From positions 32,001-96,000 of the forward strand of contig CBDHEC010000008.1 of NCBI GenBank assembly GCA_965261975.1: a stretch of 64,000 bases of DNA, written 5' to 3'. Made by a program: the position numbers and the translations under genes. Shown in pieces: positions 37,502 to 48,318 of the stretch; the stretch's first letter is position 1; each line of letters opens with the position of its first letter. This DNA is from Alphaproteobacteria bacterium. Lineage in GTDB: Bacteria; Pseudomonadota; Alphaproteobacteria; UBA6615. The notes beneath the pieces are model-generated. The model did no database searches. It was not told the DNA's origin and was given only the letters and a program-made list of their open reading frames with translations.

Positions 37502-38734
37502 CTAGTCGTTCTTGGGAACCGGGTGTCGGCGCAAAATCATGAAGGCGAGCCCGGCAGCGAGTGCCATATAGCCCGCGCACGCCGAGGTCACGATCTCGAT
37601 CGAGACACCGAGATCGAAGGTGTATCAGAACGTGGCCGGGGCGGCGGCAGCGGACAGCACCATCGCGGACACCGACATCGCGCGGATACCACCCAGGTTC
37701 CGGACCCCGTACATCTCGGCAAACATGGCCGACATGATGGGCTGCAACATCCCGATCCCGACCCCCAGCGCGCCCAGGAACACATAGGGCATCAACGGGT
37801 TATTCGATGCACCAAGGGCCACGAAACACGCAATAAAGGGCAACGCAGAGCCCGATACCAGGCGCACCGCACCGCGGCGATCGATCATCGGCCCGATCAC
37901 AAGCGACGTGACAACCTTCATGAAAGCCATCGAGATGAGACCCGTGGCGAGCAGCTCGATCGGCCAGCCGCGCACCTCGGCGATGAAGGCCTGGTGGAAC
38001 AAGACACCGGTGGACACGAAGGGATAGGCCAGCAACAACGCCATCGCCCCCAGGTAACGTGGGTCACGAAGCACCTCAAGGCGGGTCCAGTCACGACCGG
38101 CACCCGGCTGGCCCGCAGCCCGGGATTGCCGCGCAAGGTAATCCGCGTGCCGACGCTCGAAGCCTTTCAGAGCCATTGGCACCAACACCAGGAGCGCCGC
38201 CGCCGTGACCAGGCCCGTCGCCAGCCACACATTCCGCCAGCCGATCGCCGCGATCAGCGCCACCGTCGTGATGGGCAGGATCGTCTCACCGGCCGCCAGA
38301 CCAAGCCCCGAGAGGCTCAGCGCCTTGCCGCGATCCTGTGCGAAATACCGCGCCATGGCGGTGCCCATGATGTGAAACATCAGCCCCTGCCCGCACAACC
38401 GGGTGACGAAAAGCGCCAGCGCGAACAGCCAGAGCACATGCGCGAAAGACAGCGCAATCATCGAGCCGGTCAATGCAATCAGGGCGAACGCCGTATAACG
38501 GCGCAGATCGACCCGGTCGATCAGCCGTCCGAGCCAGATCAGAGATATGGCAGACGCGATGCTGACGGCGGAGAAAACGGCACCGAAACTGCCATGACCG
38601 AGCCCGAACTCGGCGCGGATCTCCGAGCCGTAAAGCGCCACGTAGAAAGTCTGGCCATAGCTCGACAACATAGTCAGGAGGAACCCGAAGCCGATGAATC
38701 TAAAATTGGCGCGCAGGAAGGTGAGATAGTTCAT
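37502..38734 (-). pseudogene. MFS transporter interrupted by an in-frame TGA at 37625-37627
   Basis: SSYGQT and GRLIDR MFS motifs; frame continues 40 codons past the TGA (YTFDLGVSIEIV..LAAGLAFMIL, a final TM) to TAG at 37502. Confidence 0.75.
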
Positions 38735-38891
38735 TTACAAAAGACCGCCATCAATCATGCGCGCCATAGCACGTGCCCGCCGCCCGCGTCGCGCCTCGTT
38801 ACTCGCGCAACGGCCGGATGATGATATAACCCGCCGCAGCGAAATCCACCGGCATCCAGATGCCGGACACGAAACGGGGAGTATTTGTTCC

Positions 38892-39779
38892 ATGACGAAG
38901 CGCATCGGCCTTGTCGGCCTGGGTATTATGGGGTCCGCCATCTCGGGCAATTTTTTGAAATCCGGCTACGCGGTCACGGGGTTCGATCTCGATCCCGCGC
39001 GTTCCGACGAGCTCACGGAAAAAGGCGGCACGGTGGCCGCGTCTCCCGCCGAGGTTGCCCAGGCATCCGACATCGTGATCACGTCACTGCCCACCACGGG
39101 CGCCCTGGATGCGGTGTGCACCGGCGACAACGGAATCGCGTCCGCCGGCAACGCAGATGTCATCATCATGGAATGCTCGACCTTCCCGATCGAGGACAAG
39201 CAGCGCAACCATGACGCGCTCGCGGCCGCGGGCGTGACCATGATCGACGCGCCCCTGTCGGGCACCGGCGCCCAGGCGCGCGAGAAGGATCTCGCGGTCT
39301 ACCTGAGCGGTGATGAGGCCGCCGCCAATATCTGCGCCGAGGTGATCGAAGGCTTCGCGCGCGCGCATTACTATGTCGGCGAATTCGGCAACGGCAGCCG
39401 CATGAAATATGTCGCCAACCATCTGGTCGCGATTCATAACATCGCCGCCGCCGAGGCCATGGTCATGGGCATGAAGGGCGGGCTCGATCCGCAGGTCATC
39501 TACGATGTAATCAGTGACAGTGCGGGCACATCACGCATGTTCGAAGTGCGCGGCCCGATGATGGTCGCCGATGATTATTCCGATGCAACGATGAAGATTT
39601 CGGTCTGGCAGAAGGACATGTCGGTGATCGGCGCGTTTGCGAAATCGCTCGACTGCCCGACCCCGCTGTTCACCACCTGCTCCGACATCTACGTTGCAGG
39701 CATGGCCCAGGGCCGCGCCGAAGAGGACACGGCCGCCGTCTGCGCTATCCTGGGTGAGGCGGCACGCCTGAAAAGATAG
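38892..39779 (+). CDS. NAD(P)-dependent beta-hydroxyacid dehydrogenase family protein
   Basis: IGLVGLGIMG, DAPLSG and G..MK..AN motifs. Confidence 0.92.
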   Translation: MTKRIGLVGLGIMGSAISGNFLKSGYAVTGFDLDPARSDELTEKGGTVAASPAEVAQASDIVITSLPTTGALDAVCTGDNGIASAGNADVIIMECSTFPIEDKQRNHDALAAAGVTMIDAPLSGTGAQAREKDLAVYLSGDEAAANICAEVIEGFARAHYYVGEFGNGSRMKYVANHLVAIHNIAAAEAMVMGMKGGLDPQVIYDVISDSAGTSRMFEVRGPMMVADDYSDATMKISVWQKDMSVIGAFAKSLDCPTPLFTTCSDIYVAGMAQGRAEEDTAAVCAILGEAARLKR

Positions 39780-39784
39780 TCACC

Positions 39785-39823
39785 CAAACACGGGACCGGG
39801 CGCATCACCCGGTCCCGTGTTTG
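39785..39823. terminator. Bidirectional terminator hairpin
   Basis: 16-bp perfect inverted repeat CAAACACGGGACCGGG / CCCGGTCCCGTGTTTG between convergent genes. Confidence 0.78.
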
Positions 39824-40324
39824 CTACATGGGCTCGATAACCCACTCGATGTGGAGGTCGACACCGGCGTCGCGGATCAGGTTGCTGACCGGGCAGCGTT
39901 GCTCGACATTTGCCTTGAGCTTCTCGACCCGCTCCGGGCTCTCATTGGTGCGGAAGACCTTCTTTACCGTGACCTTCTCGAAGTATGGGCGCACACCCGT
40001 AACACCCTTTGCACCGCGAACGTCGATTTCGGCGTCGCAAGTGTAGTTCACATCGCCATACTCGAATTTCATGATATGCGCGACCTGGTGGGTGATCGCC
40101 GCATCGCAGCCACACAGGCCGCCCATCACGGACTCGACCGGGGTCGGCCCCATGTTGGTGCCGCCGCGTTCCGTCGGCTCGTCGATGACGAAGCCCGGCG
40201 TGTCGCGCACGGACACCACGGTGCGCGCGCCGCCTGCTGGATTCTCGCAAACCACGTTGCGGTAGCCGATAACCTTCTTTTTGGGGTCAACGGACGGTTC
40301 GAGAAGTTCACTGTCGCTCATCAT
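39824..40324 (-). CDS. OsmC family protein
   Basis: IDEP..GG...GPTP.E....L.GC and EQRCPV motifs (two Cys). Confidence 0.88.
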   Translation of the reverse strand: MMSDSELLEPSVDPKKKVIGYRNVVCENPAGGARTVVSVRDTPGFVIDEPTERGGTNMGPTPVESVMGGLCGCDAAITHQVAHIMKFEYGDVNYTCDAEIDVRGAKGVTGVRPYFEKVTVKKVFRTNESPERVEKLKANVEQRCPVSNLIRDAGVDLHIEWVIEPM

Positions 40325-40423
40325 GCTCTCCATTCTGACGTTCGGGCCCACCCGCATCGCGTGCGGACATGGCATAGTATTGACTAAACGTGCTCATACC
40401 ACAGAAGGCGGCGGAACCGACCC

Positions 40424-41224
40424 ATGACCTACACCGAACTCATGCTCGACGTGCACGACAGCGTTGCAACGCTGACACTCAACCGGCCCAAGGCGCGTAA
40501 CGCACTGGGGGGTGCACTGCGCGACGAGTTCGCGGACGCGGTGGTGCAAATCTCGAAACGCGCGGGGAAGGATATCTCCGCCGTCGTCCTGACGGGGGCG
40601 GGCAAGGCCTTCTGTGCCGGCGGCGATTTGCGCGTGCTGCAGGAGATGTCCGCCAAAGGTCCCGATGCCATGCGCGCGCGCATGCACGAATCCCATACCA
40701 CGCTCGAAAGGTGGCTCGACTTGCCGATACCGACCATCGCGGCCGTCAATGGTGCGGCAGCCGGTGCGGGGTTTTCCCTCGCCATCGCCTGCGACTTCGT
40801 GTTTGCCGTGAACAATGCCCGTTTCATCATGTCCTTCGGCCGGATCGGCCTCGTGCCCGACTGGGGGGCCATGTATCTGTTGCCACGCCTCGTCGGCCTG
40901 CAACGCGCCAAGGACCTGGTACTGACCGCGCGCGAACTCAACGCCGGGGACGCGCAGGACCTTGGGCTGGTGCTCGAAACTTTCGATGGGGACCAGTTGC
41001 TGGACCACGCGCAGGCCTTCGCGGCGAAATTCGCCAACGCCTCGCCGGATGCCATCGGGATCGCCAAGCGGGTGATGGGATCGGCCCTGGAAACCGATCG
41101 CACCACCGCGCTGTCCGCCGAGGCCCACGCCCAGGCCGAAGCCAACGCCAGCGACTATCACCGCGACGCGGTAAAGCGCTTCCTGGCCAAGGAACCCGCC
41201 CTGTTCGACTGGGACCGGGAATAA
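40424..41224 (+). CDS. Enoyl-CoA hydratase/isomerase family protein
   Basis: LNRP..RNAL, FCAGGDL, AAVNGAAAGAG and GLVPDWG motifs. Confidence 0.92.
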   Translation: MTYTELMLDVHDSVATLTLNRPKARNALGGALRDEFADAVVQISKRAGKDISAVVLTGAGKAFCAGGDLRVLQEMSAKGPDAMRARMHESHTTLERWLDLPIPTIAAVNGAAAGAGFSLAIACDFVFAVNNARFIMSFGRIGLVPDWGAMYLLPRLVGLQRAKDLVLTARELNAGDAQDLGLVLETFDGDQLLDHAQAFAAKFANASPDAIGIAKRVMGSALETDRTTALSAEAHAQAEANASDYHRDAVKRFLAKEPALFDWDRE

Positions 41225-41233
41225 GAAAGTTCG

Positions 41234-41857
41234 TCAGGTGCCCGCACCAAGACGGCGGGCCACGATGTGAAACACATGCCAGTGTTTCGACTCGCCACGC
41301 GGGGTGGTCGAGTCATCCTCTTCCTCGACAAAATGTTCGACGTCGAAACCCGCGAGCAGGCCCTCGATGTCGGCGCGACTATGGAAGGTCATCCCTTCGC
41401 GGCCCATCCAGCTGTCCCGCTCCCCGTAAAGCTGCCCGGCAAACCGACCGCCGGGACGGAGCGATGATTCAATCCGTCGCCATACCGAGTTGAAATCCGG
41501 TGGCGCACAAAGCGGCAGGGCGAAACTGCTGTTCACAAGGTCGCATGTGGGCCATGCCGCGTCCTCGAAACGGGACACGAGGCCGGCCAGATCGGTGCCT
41601 GGCGGCAGGTCGGGACGCGCTTTCAGGGCGTCGATGGCGTCCGGCTCGGCATCAATGGCCAGCACCCGCCAACCGCGGCGCAGCATCTCGATGGCATCCC
41701 GGCCCGCGCCCGAGCCGAGATCAACGGCAAATCGCGCGCCATCTGCGGGGTCTTCTTCGAACCGGTCGAGGGCGAAAATCAGTGTATTGCGCGGCGGGCG
41801 GCCAATGGTTTTCGCATAATAGGCCGCCCAGTCGCGGTCTTTGGGTGACGTGCTCAC
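41234..41857 (-). CDS. Class I SAM-dependent methyltransferase
   Basis: VDLGSGAGRD SAM motif and LRPGG; start overlaps the upstream stop by 4 bp. Confidence 0.87.
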   Translation of the reverse strand: MSTSPKDRDWAAYYAKTIGRPPRNTLIFALDRFEEDPADGARFAVDLGSGAGRDAIEMLRRGWRVLAIDAEPDAIDALKARPDLPPGTDLAGLVSRFEDAAWPTCDLVNSSFALPLCAPPDFNSVWRRIESSLRPGGRFAGQLYGERDSWMGREGMTFHSRADIEGLLAGFDVEHFVEEEDDSTTPRGESKHWHVFHIVARRLGAGT

Positions 41858-42705
41858 CCGCTCAATCTGATCTCGCCGAGACTGATGCTCTCACCGAGAG
41901 TTACCTCACGCTGCTCGGCACCCAGGCCTTCGGCGGAAATCGAGACGACATAGACGCCGCTCTCCGGAGCCACCCGGTCGATCTTGAAATCCCCATATCC
42001 ATCCGTGGTGGTTTCGGCGACGGTTTTTCCGTCCTGCGTCAGCACGATCCGGGCGCCCTCGACGCAATCTACGATCCCTTCACGTTCGGCCGAAACCGTC
42101 CCGCCAACAAAGCACTCGGCATATCGCCAGAGATTCTTGTAGTGCACACGGGCCTTGGTCTTGAGGTCGGGCCGGAGTGGTTCCAGGCCTTCTTCATCAG
42201 ACACTTTCTGCATGGCACCATCATCGACCTTGAGCGAGCGTAAAGCACCCGTCGGGCAAACATCGACACAGCGCGGCTCGGTCCAGCCGGCGTCGAGCAG
42301 ATGAGCATCGAAGATCCAGTGCTGAGGTATCTCCAGCTCTTCGTTCCAGAAAATCGCGCCATAAGGACACGCGTCGACGATCTGGCGCTGACCCTTGGAT
42401 TTTTCCGGATCGATCACGACGATCCCATCCGGGCGTTTCTTGATGGCGTCATCCTTGGCCGCAGAGATGCACGGCGCGTCGTCGCAGTGCTGACACATGG
42501 TCGGCAGGTAGGCGACGTCGGTCATGGTCCCCTGCCCGCGTTCTCGCCGCTTGATGTCGATCCAGCGATGCCCATGCTTGGGCATCTCGGCTGCATATCC
42601 GGCAAAGCTGTTGCCCACATGCTCGTCCTGCACGGCCAGGGTACAATTGTTGCAGTTCGTGCAGTTTGCGACGTCGACGATCAGGTTCCATTTGGGCTGA
42701 CTCAT
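41854..42705 (-). CDS. 4Fe-4S subunit of Mo-bisPGD enzyme, pyrogallol transhydroxylase beta-like
   Basis: CTNCNNC, CQHC..APC, ACPY and CVDVCP motifs; C-terminal beta-sandwich ([11 protein letters not shown]). Confidence 0.87.
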   Translation of the reverse strand: MSQPKWNLIVDVANCTNCNNCTLAVQDEHVGNSFAGYAAEMPKHGHRWIDIKRRERGQGTMTDVAYLPTMCQHCDDAPCISAAKDDAIKKRPDGIVVIDPEKSKGQRQIVDACPYGAIFWNEELEIPQHWIFDAHLLDAGWTEPRCVDVCPTGALRSLKVDDGAMQKVSDEEGLEPLRPDLKTKARVHYKNLWRYAECFVGGTVSAEREGIVDCVEGARIVLTQDGKTVAETTTDGYGDFKIDRVAPESGVYVVSISAEGLGAEQREVTLGESISLGEIRLSG

Positions 42706-45692
42706 GCCACGTCTCCCACGCTCACCGGTTCAATCCGCTCATACTCGACGACCCCGTCCCAGGGCACGATCTCGACCATGGTCGTGCTGTTGGCCATCGA
42801 GTGGGAATTCTTGATCTGCGATCGCCGGGGCGACAGCAGGTTGAGACAACCACCTCGGTCGACCGAACGTCCGGGCTCGCCCATGGGTTCGTAGACGGCC
42901 GCGGATTCGTAACCATGAGCGACGCCGGGCTGCAAACGCTCGGTCAGGAGTGCGGCGCACAGAACCGCGCCGCGATCGTTGAAAACCTTCACCAGATCAC
43001 CGGTCGAAATGCCACGCGCGGCTGCGTCGGTCGGGTTGAGGCGAAGCACCCAGTAATAATGACCGTCGATCAGCACCCGATGATCTGGGATGTCGTTCAG
43101 GAAACTGTCCTTGCCATCGCCATGGCTGTGGAAGCTGAAACGCGAATGGGGCGTGAGCAGCTGAAGCGGATAGCGATCGCCCAGCCCGGCGACCTTCGGC
43201 CCCTCCCAGGCTGAAGCATATTTCGCGATCGGCGGCCTCTCGGGGTCATCGGGCGCGAAACGTTTCAGGCTCGAACTCTCGAACTCGAACAGGCCCGACT
43301 GGGTTTGCAGCCCTTCGAGGAACTGCTCGGTGTAGTCGCCGGGCAACGGCATCGCTTCGGGAATGTTCTTCTTCTCGCCGTCGGCGAACCATTTATAGGC
43401 CGTCGGTGCACGAAGCTCGGGCGCCTCGGGCGGCACCACGAAATAGCCGCGCTCGATGAACTTCTTCCACGAGATGTGCTGCGGCAGGTCGGACGCATCG
43501 AACATCCGCTTCACCCAGTCGATGTCACGCATGCCCTCCGTATAGTAGGCGCCAAGGCCCAGCCGGCAGGCCAGGCGCGAGAAGATCTCGTAGTCGGATT
43601 TCGATTCCCCGACCGGCTCGATGCATTTGGCCTGGAAGGTGATGATCCGGTTGTTGGTCTGGGAATGGAAATGGGCCCCGTAACCACCGGCATTGGCCCA
43701 CTCGCCGATATCGTAGCGTTCCATGCTCGTACAGGCCGGCAGGATGACATCGGCAAACCGGGTATCGCCCTCCTCCCAGATCGCCTGGCTGACGGCGAAC
43801 TCCAGGTTGGGCGACCGGTACATTTCCACGAAACGGTTGGAATCACTCAACGTGCCCAGGATCGCCGTGCCGTAGCGATAAAGCATGTGCACGGGCGAGT
43901 GACCCTGTTTGGGATAGCTGATCTTGGTGAACTGACCTTCCATCGAAAGCGCGTCCCACAAGAACCCCTCGGCATGTCCGTCGATGATCGCGTCGGGCAG
44001 ACGCAAGCGCGGAATTTTCTGGGTCGAGGGATTCATCGTCGGCAGTTGGGGCATGCGCTGATAGAGCGCGCCGGCCAACGCGGTGTTGTTCAGATCACCC
44101 GAGATGCCGCCTTCGGCATAGCCGGGGAAATAGAAACTGAAATCATGCGGCACGCCGAGCTGAAGATTGCTGACATTGATCCCGGGCTTGCCCAACCCCT
44201 GCATGCCCATGAGGCAGACGAGCATCCGGGTCCACTGGCTGCCCGTCGCGTTTCGCGCGGCACCGCCGAACGCGTTGCCCATGCTGCCGGCGGCCAGGTA
44301 GGTCCGCTTGGAGGCCCATTTGCGCGCCAACGCGCGGACGTCCTTGGCGGGGACACCGGTTTCGGTCTCCTGCCATTCCGGTGTCTTCGCGATTCCGTCT
44401 TCGGTCCCGAGGATGTAGTCGCGCCATGTCTCGAATCCCTTGGTCCGGGTCGCGACATACTCCTTGTCGTAGGTTCCTTCGGTGATCCAGACATGCGCGA
44501 TGGCCAGGGCCAGCGCCGGCGACGTGGTCGGCTTCGGCGCAATCCATTTGCCGCCGAGGAATTGTGCGGTGTCGTTGTAGTAGGGATCGATGTGGACAAT
44601 CTCGATGTCGATATCGCGCAGCCACTGACGCCGGACCGTGCCTTCCTGCCCACCATAGACGCCGCTGGTCGCCTCCGGATTGCTCGACCAGAAGACGATC
44701 ATCTCAGCGTTCTCGAGGCAGTCCTCGATGGTGCCGAAGGGTTCGCCACCGCCGACGCGCAAACTGCCGCCCCAATGGTGCAACGCCCCCCAGTACCAGC
44801 CCTCCCAGCTGTCGGGATTGTGGTGCACGTCGGTCGTGCCGATGGCATTCATGAAGCGCAGCTTGGCGCTGAGGTAGTAACCTATGTTGCCCCAATTGTG
44901 ATGGGAGCCGTTGCTCGACGCGATCGCGCCGGTGCCATGCTCGCGCTTCATGCGCTTGATTTCACCCGCGACAATGTCCAGCGCCTCGTCCCAGCTGATG
45001 CGCTCATAACCGGACACACCCCGATTCTGGATATTGCGCTCCCCATTCGGGTCGAAATCGACACGCTTCATCGGATACTGAATCCGGTTCGGCGCGTTGA
45101 CCATCGCCTTCCAGTTCATCGCATGGGGCGACAGCATACCCTTGCGCGGCGGGGTGAATTCCCTGCCCCGCGCCTTGATCGTCCAGGTCCCGGCGTCTTC
45201 TCCATCGAAGGCAACCGGCGTGGTGCGCAGAATTTCACCGTCGCGGACATAGACAAATAGCGGCCCGCCATTGGTCATGGTGCAGAAGCGCGTGGTCCCG
45301 TCTTTCATCTTGCGCCCGAACTTCCAGCCGGCCGACAGGGCGGCCATCACGGTCTGGGCGAACCACAATGCGTCATCATCGGGACCTTCCAGACGCACCA
45401 GAAAATTCTTCAACGCATCAATCTGTTCCAACTGATCAATCGGCGGCATCAACAACCGGGCCCCGATCTTGGCTGTCTTGAAGACCAGCGATACGGTCGG
45501 CGCGTCGTGCAAACCCGCGCCCGATCGCACGCGACCATCTTCAAAAATTATGTAGCGACCCGATTTGCCGTCCTCGCTGCGGATCTGAACCACGATATTG
45601 CGTTCGCGCAAACGCGCCCGGAAGGCCGGATAGCGCCACCCGGAAACCCGGAACATCCACGACAGACCCCAAAGGATGATCTTGAACAGCAT
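42702..45692 (-). CDS. Mo-bisPGD oxidoreductase large subunit, pyrogallol transhydroxylase/resorcinol hydroxylase-like, with about 125-aa N-terminal extra domain
   Basis: [40 protein letters not shown] (Mo-Ser), ADVILPA and PH.RFSFH motifs; no Tat signal. Confidence 0.88.
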   Translation of the reverse strand: MLFKIILWGLSWMFRVSGWRYPAFRARLRERNIVVQIRSEDGKSGRYIIFEDGRVRSGAGLHDAPTVSLVFKTAKIGARLLMPPIDQLEQIDALKNFLVRLEGPDDDALWFAQTVMAALSAGWKFGRKMKDGTTRFCTMTNGGPLFVYVRDGEILRTTPVAFDGEDAGTWTIKARGREFTPPRKGMLSPHAMNWKAMVNAPNRIQYPMKRVDFDPNGERNIQNRGVSGYERISWDEALDIVAGEIKRMKREHGTGAIASSNGSHHNWGNIGYYLSAKLRFMNAIGTTDVHHNPDSWEGWYWGALHHWGGSLRVGGGEPFGTIEDCLENAEMIVFWSSNPEATSGVYGGQEGTVRRQWLRDIDIEIVHIDPYYNDTAQFLGGKWIAPKPTTSPALALAIAHVWITEGTYDKEYVATRTKGFETWRDYILGTEDGIAKTPEWQETETGVPAKDVRALARKWASKRTYLAAGSMGNAFGGAARNATGSQWTRMLVCLMGMQGLGKPGINVSNLQLGVPHDFSFYFPGYAEGGISGDLNNTALAGALYQRMPQLPTMNPSTQKIPRLRLPDAIIDGHAEGFLWDALSMEGQFTKISYPKQGHSPVHMLYRYGTAILGTLSDSNRFVEMYRSPNLEFAVSQAIWEEGDTRFADVILPACTSMERYDIGEWANAGGYGAHFHSQTNNRIITFQAKCIEPVGESKSDYEIFSRLACRLGLGAYYTEGMRDIDWVKRMFDASDLPQHISWKKFIERGYFVVPPEAPELRAPTAYKWFADGEKKNIPEAMPLPGDYTEQFLEGLQTQSGLFEFESSSLKRFAPDDPERPPIAKYASAWEGPKVAGLGDRYPLQLLTPHSRFSFHSHGDGKDSFLNDIPDHRVLIDGHYYWVLRLNPTDAAARGISTGDLVKVFNDRGAVLCAALLTERLQPGVAHGYESAAVYEPMGEPGRSVDRGGCLNLLSPRRSQIKNSHSMANSTTMVEIVPWDGVVEYERIEPVSVGDVA

Positions 45693-45722
45693 GCGTCTTC
45701 CCCAACCCCGCGACAGGCAGGC

Positions 45723-46556
45723 CTATTCGGCGGTGTAACCACCATCAATATAAAGCGTGTGACCGGTCACATAATCGGACGCCGGCGACAGAAGATAAAT
45801 CAGTCCGCCCATTAGATCGTCTGTCTCCGACAGCCGGCCGACAGGCACACGTTCGAGCATCGCTTCGCGCGTGGCCTTGCCCGGATCCTCGTCCGAGAAC
45901 ATCCATTCCGACAGCGGTGAGCGAAAAACCGTCGGCCCGATGGCGTTGATATTGGCGTTCTTGCCACCCCATTCACAGGCCAGCGCCCTGACCATGCCGT
46001 CCAGCCCCGCCTTGGATGCGCAGTAACCGGTATAGCCCGTCGGCAGGCCATGGCGGCCGCGCGTGGACGAGACCACGACCACTTTCGACCGTCCGCGTTC
46101 GGTCGGTTGCTTGGCGAATTGTCGGCCTGCCGCCTGACAGGCCAGCCAGTAACCGTCCAGGTTGGCGGACATCACGTTGCGCCAGCTTTCGTAGGATTGT
46201 TCCTCGATATAGCCGACATCATTCATGCCCGTGGCAACAAACATCAGGTCGAGAGCGCCAAAGGCCTCGACCGCGGCGGAAACCATATTCACCGCGTTGG
46301 TCTCGCTGTCCGGCAACCCGATCGCCGTGGCGACCCTGGCGCCGGTGTCGCGCAACTCGTCGGCCTTGGCTTCGACCTTGTCGGGGTTGAGATCCGCGAT
46401 CGTTACATCGCAGCCCATCTGCGCCAGCGCTGTCGCCGCCGCGCCGCCGAAGGAGCCGGTTGCGCCCATCACAAGGGCGGACTTGCCCGAAATATCGAAC
46501 ATGGAAAGTGGTGAATTCTGAGCCAAGGTTAGGTTCCCCGTGTTGGTCGTCATCAT
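45723..46556 (-). CDS. SDR oxidoreductase, phloroglucinol-reductase-like
   Basis: GATGSFG; SSTR..GYTGYCASKAG; LACEW; PTVFRS.L.EWMF. SDR family is secure; the subfamily call rests on recalled similarity. Confidence 0.8.
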   Translation of the reverse strand: MMTTNTGNLTLAQNSPLSMFDISGKSALVMGATGSFGGAAATALAQMGCDVTIADLNPDKVEAKADELRDTGARVATAIGLPDSETNAVNMVSAAVEAFGALDLMFVATGMNDVGYIEEQSYESWRNVMSANLDGYWLACQAAGRQFAKQPTERGRSKVVVVSSTRGRHGLPTGYTGYCASKAGLDGMVRALACEWGGKNANINAIGPTVFRSPLSEWMFSDEDPGKATREAMLERVPVGRLSETDDLMGGLIYLLSPASDYVTGHTLYIDGGYTAE

Positions 46557-46593
46557 TTGATGGCGACCAGACTACCCGGTTTTGCGCGCGGGC

Positions 46594-48171
46594 TCACCAG
46601 TGCCCGATCAGCACACCCGATTTACCTTCCTTCACCTTGAATTCGCGCACGAAGGATTCGGGCGACGTGACCCGATACTTCAGCCCGCTCTGCCAGTCGG
46701 CGAGCCGGCGATGCAGCCGGACACGCTCGGCTTCATGGGCGGGGTCGGCACCCAGATCCTGCAGTTCATCGGGGTCGGATTCGAGATCAAACAACTGTGC
46801 GCGGTAGCCTTCATAGGCAATGTACTTCCAGCGCCCCTCGCGCACCATGAAGGTGCGGCACTGGTCCGTCGGCCGTTCCAGCGGGTCACGCACATCGGAA
46901 TAGAAGGCGTAGTCGAGCTCGCTGAAGACCGCGTCACGCCAATCGTCGGGGTCTTCCCCGCGCAACAGCGGCAGGAGCGATCGGCCCTCGACGATATTGT
47001 CGGGAATCTCGAGACCGGCGGCATCGAGGATTGTCGGGACCACATCGATCGCCTCGGCAAACCGGTTGTCGACCGTGCCGCGCGTGCTGTCGGCCGCGCT
47101 GTCGGGGTCGTAGACGATGAGCGGGATGCGCGAAGATTGCTCATGATACATCTCCTTCTCGCCCATCCAGTGATCACCGAGATAGTCACCATGGTCGCTG
47201 GTGAAGACGATCATCGTGTCGTCGAACCGCCCCGCCTTGTCGAGCGCTTCGAACACACGACCTAGATGGCTATCGATCTGCGCGATCAAACCCATATAGG
47301 CCGGGATGACGGTTTCGCGAACTTCATCGCGCTGAAACTCGCGCCCCTCTTCGCGGGCCATGAAGGCCTGGATGACTTCATGATCGGTGTCGCGTTCCTC
47401 GGCAGAGCGCACTGCCGGCAGAATATCGTCGACGCCATACATGTTGTGATAGGGCGACGAGACGATATAGGGCCAGTGAGGCTTGATGTAGCTGAGGTGC
47501 AGACACCAGGGGTCATCCCCCTGCTCGGCGATGAACTCGATGGCCCGATCAGACATATAGGCCGTCTCGCCCATCTCATCGGGCACGACCGCGGGCAGGC
47601 CGCAATTGCGCATGTTCCAGCCGCTCAGAACATTGCCGTCAGGGTCGGTCGCCGAGTTGGCGAAGTCATGCCAGGGATTGTCGCTGTCGAAGCCGTTCGC
47701 GCGCAGATAGTTTGCATAGTCGGATTCGATACGACCCGCGGCGGCCGGGTGGATGCCGTCGTCGCGAACCACATAGTCGAACCCACCTCGCATCAAGCCG
47801 CTCCCGGCTGCGCTGTCCGGCTCGATGCCGAGGCGCGCCATGCCCGTCTTGTCTGCGAAGTGATGGGTCTTGCCCGCCAGTGCGACACGCATATCAGACG
47901 GGCGAAGCAGATCGCCGAGCATCATTTCCCCGACCGGTAACGGTACGAAGTTCCAGAACGCGCCATGACTTGCCGCGTAGCGCCCGGTGTAAAAGGACAT
48001 GCGTGACGGCCCACAAACCGGCGCCTGAACATAGGATTTCGCGAAGCGCACGCCGCGCGCGGCCAACGCATCGATATTGGGCGTTTTCAGGGTCGGATGC
48101 CCTGCGCACGACAGGTAATCAGCGCGCAGCTGATCACACATGATGAATAAGACGTTCCGGACGGTTCCCAT
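46594..48171 (-). CDS. Formylglycine-type sulfatase / phosphonate monoester hydrolase-like protein
   Basis: FIMCDQLR, CGPSR, GKTH, KPHWP and SDHG motifs. Confidence 0.9.
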   Translation of the reverse strand: MGTVRNVLFIMCDQLRADYLSCAGHPTLKTPNIDALAARGVRFAKSYVQAPVCGPSRMSFYTGRYAASHGAFWNFVPLPVGEMMLGDLLRPSDMRVALAGKTHHFADKTGMARLGIEPDSAAGSGLMRGGFDYVVRDDGIHPAAAGRIESDYANYLRANGFDSDNPWHDFANSATDPDGNVLSGWNMRNCGLPAVVPDEMGETAYMSDRAIEFIAEQGDDPWCLHLSYIKPHWPYIVSSPYHNMYGVDDILPAVRSAEERDTDHEVIQAFMAREEGREFQRDEVRETVIPAYMGLIAQIDSHLGRVFEALDKAGRFDDTMIVFTSDHGDYLGDHWMGEKEMYHEQSSRIPLIVYDPDSAADSTRGTVDNRFAEAIDVVPTILDAAGLEIPDNIVEGRSLLPLLRGEDPDDWRDAVFSELDYAFYSDVRDPLERPTDQCRTFMVREGRWKYIAYEGYRAQLFDLESDPDELQDLGADPAHEAERVRLHRRLADWQSGLKYRVTSPESFVREFKVKEGKSGVLIGHW

Positions 48172-48252
48172 CGATACACCTGCAGCTTCCCCACAATATC
48201 GCCGACAACTCTATGCAACCAATGGATGACGACAGCCGACATTTCCGGAGGT

Positions 48253-48267
48253 TTTCGTGCAGTGAAA
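48253..48267. promoter_or_regulatory. Candidate IclR operator
   Basis: Imperfect 15-bp palindrome TTTCGTGCAGTGAAA in the divergent sulfatase/IclR intergenic region. Confidence 0.3.
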
Positions 48268-48318
48268 CCTCCTGCTAGATTGCGCGCCTGAATTATCCAA
48301 AATCCTCGGCGAGATTAG

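Noticed and set aside
37625-37627. Stop-codon recoding (Sec, Pyl or an alternative genetic code) for this TGA and the TAG at 49608
   Set aside because: TGA and TAG are normal terminators for many conserved genes here; the positions correspond to probable Gly and Trp, each one substitution away.
43305-45260. 651-aa plus-strand ORF and similar long antisense ORFs (e.g. 10490-11821, 13630-14916, 26856-28205, 37523-38821)
   Set aside because: Shadow frames opposite well-supported genes, expected in high-GC DNA; no recognisable motifs.
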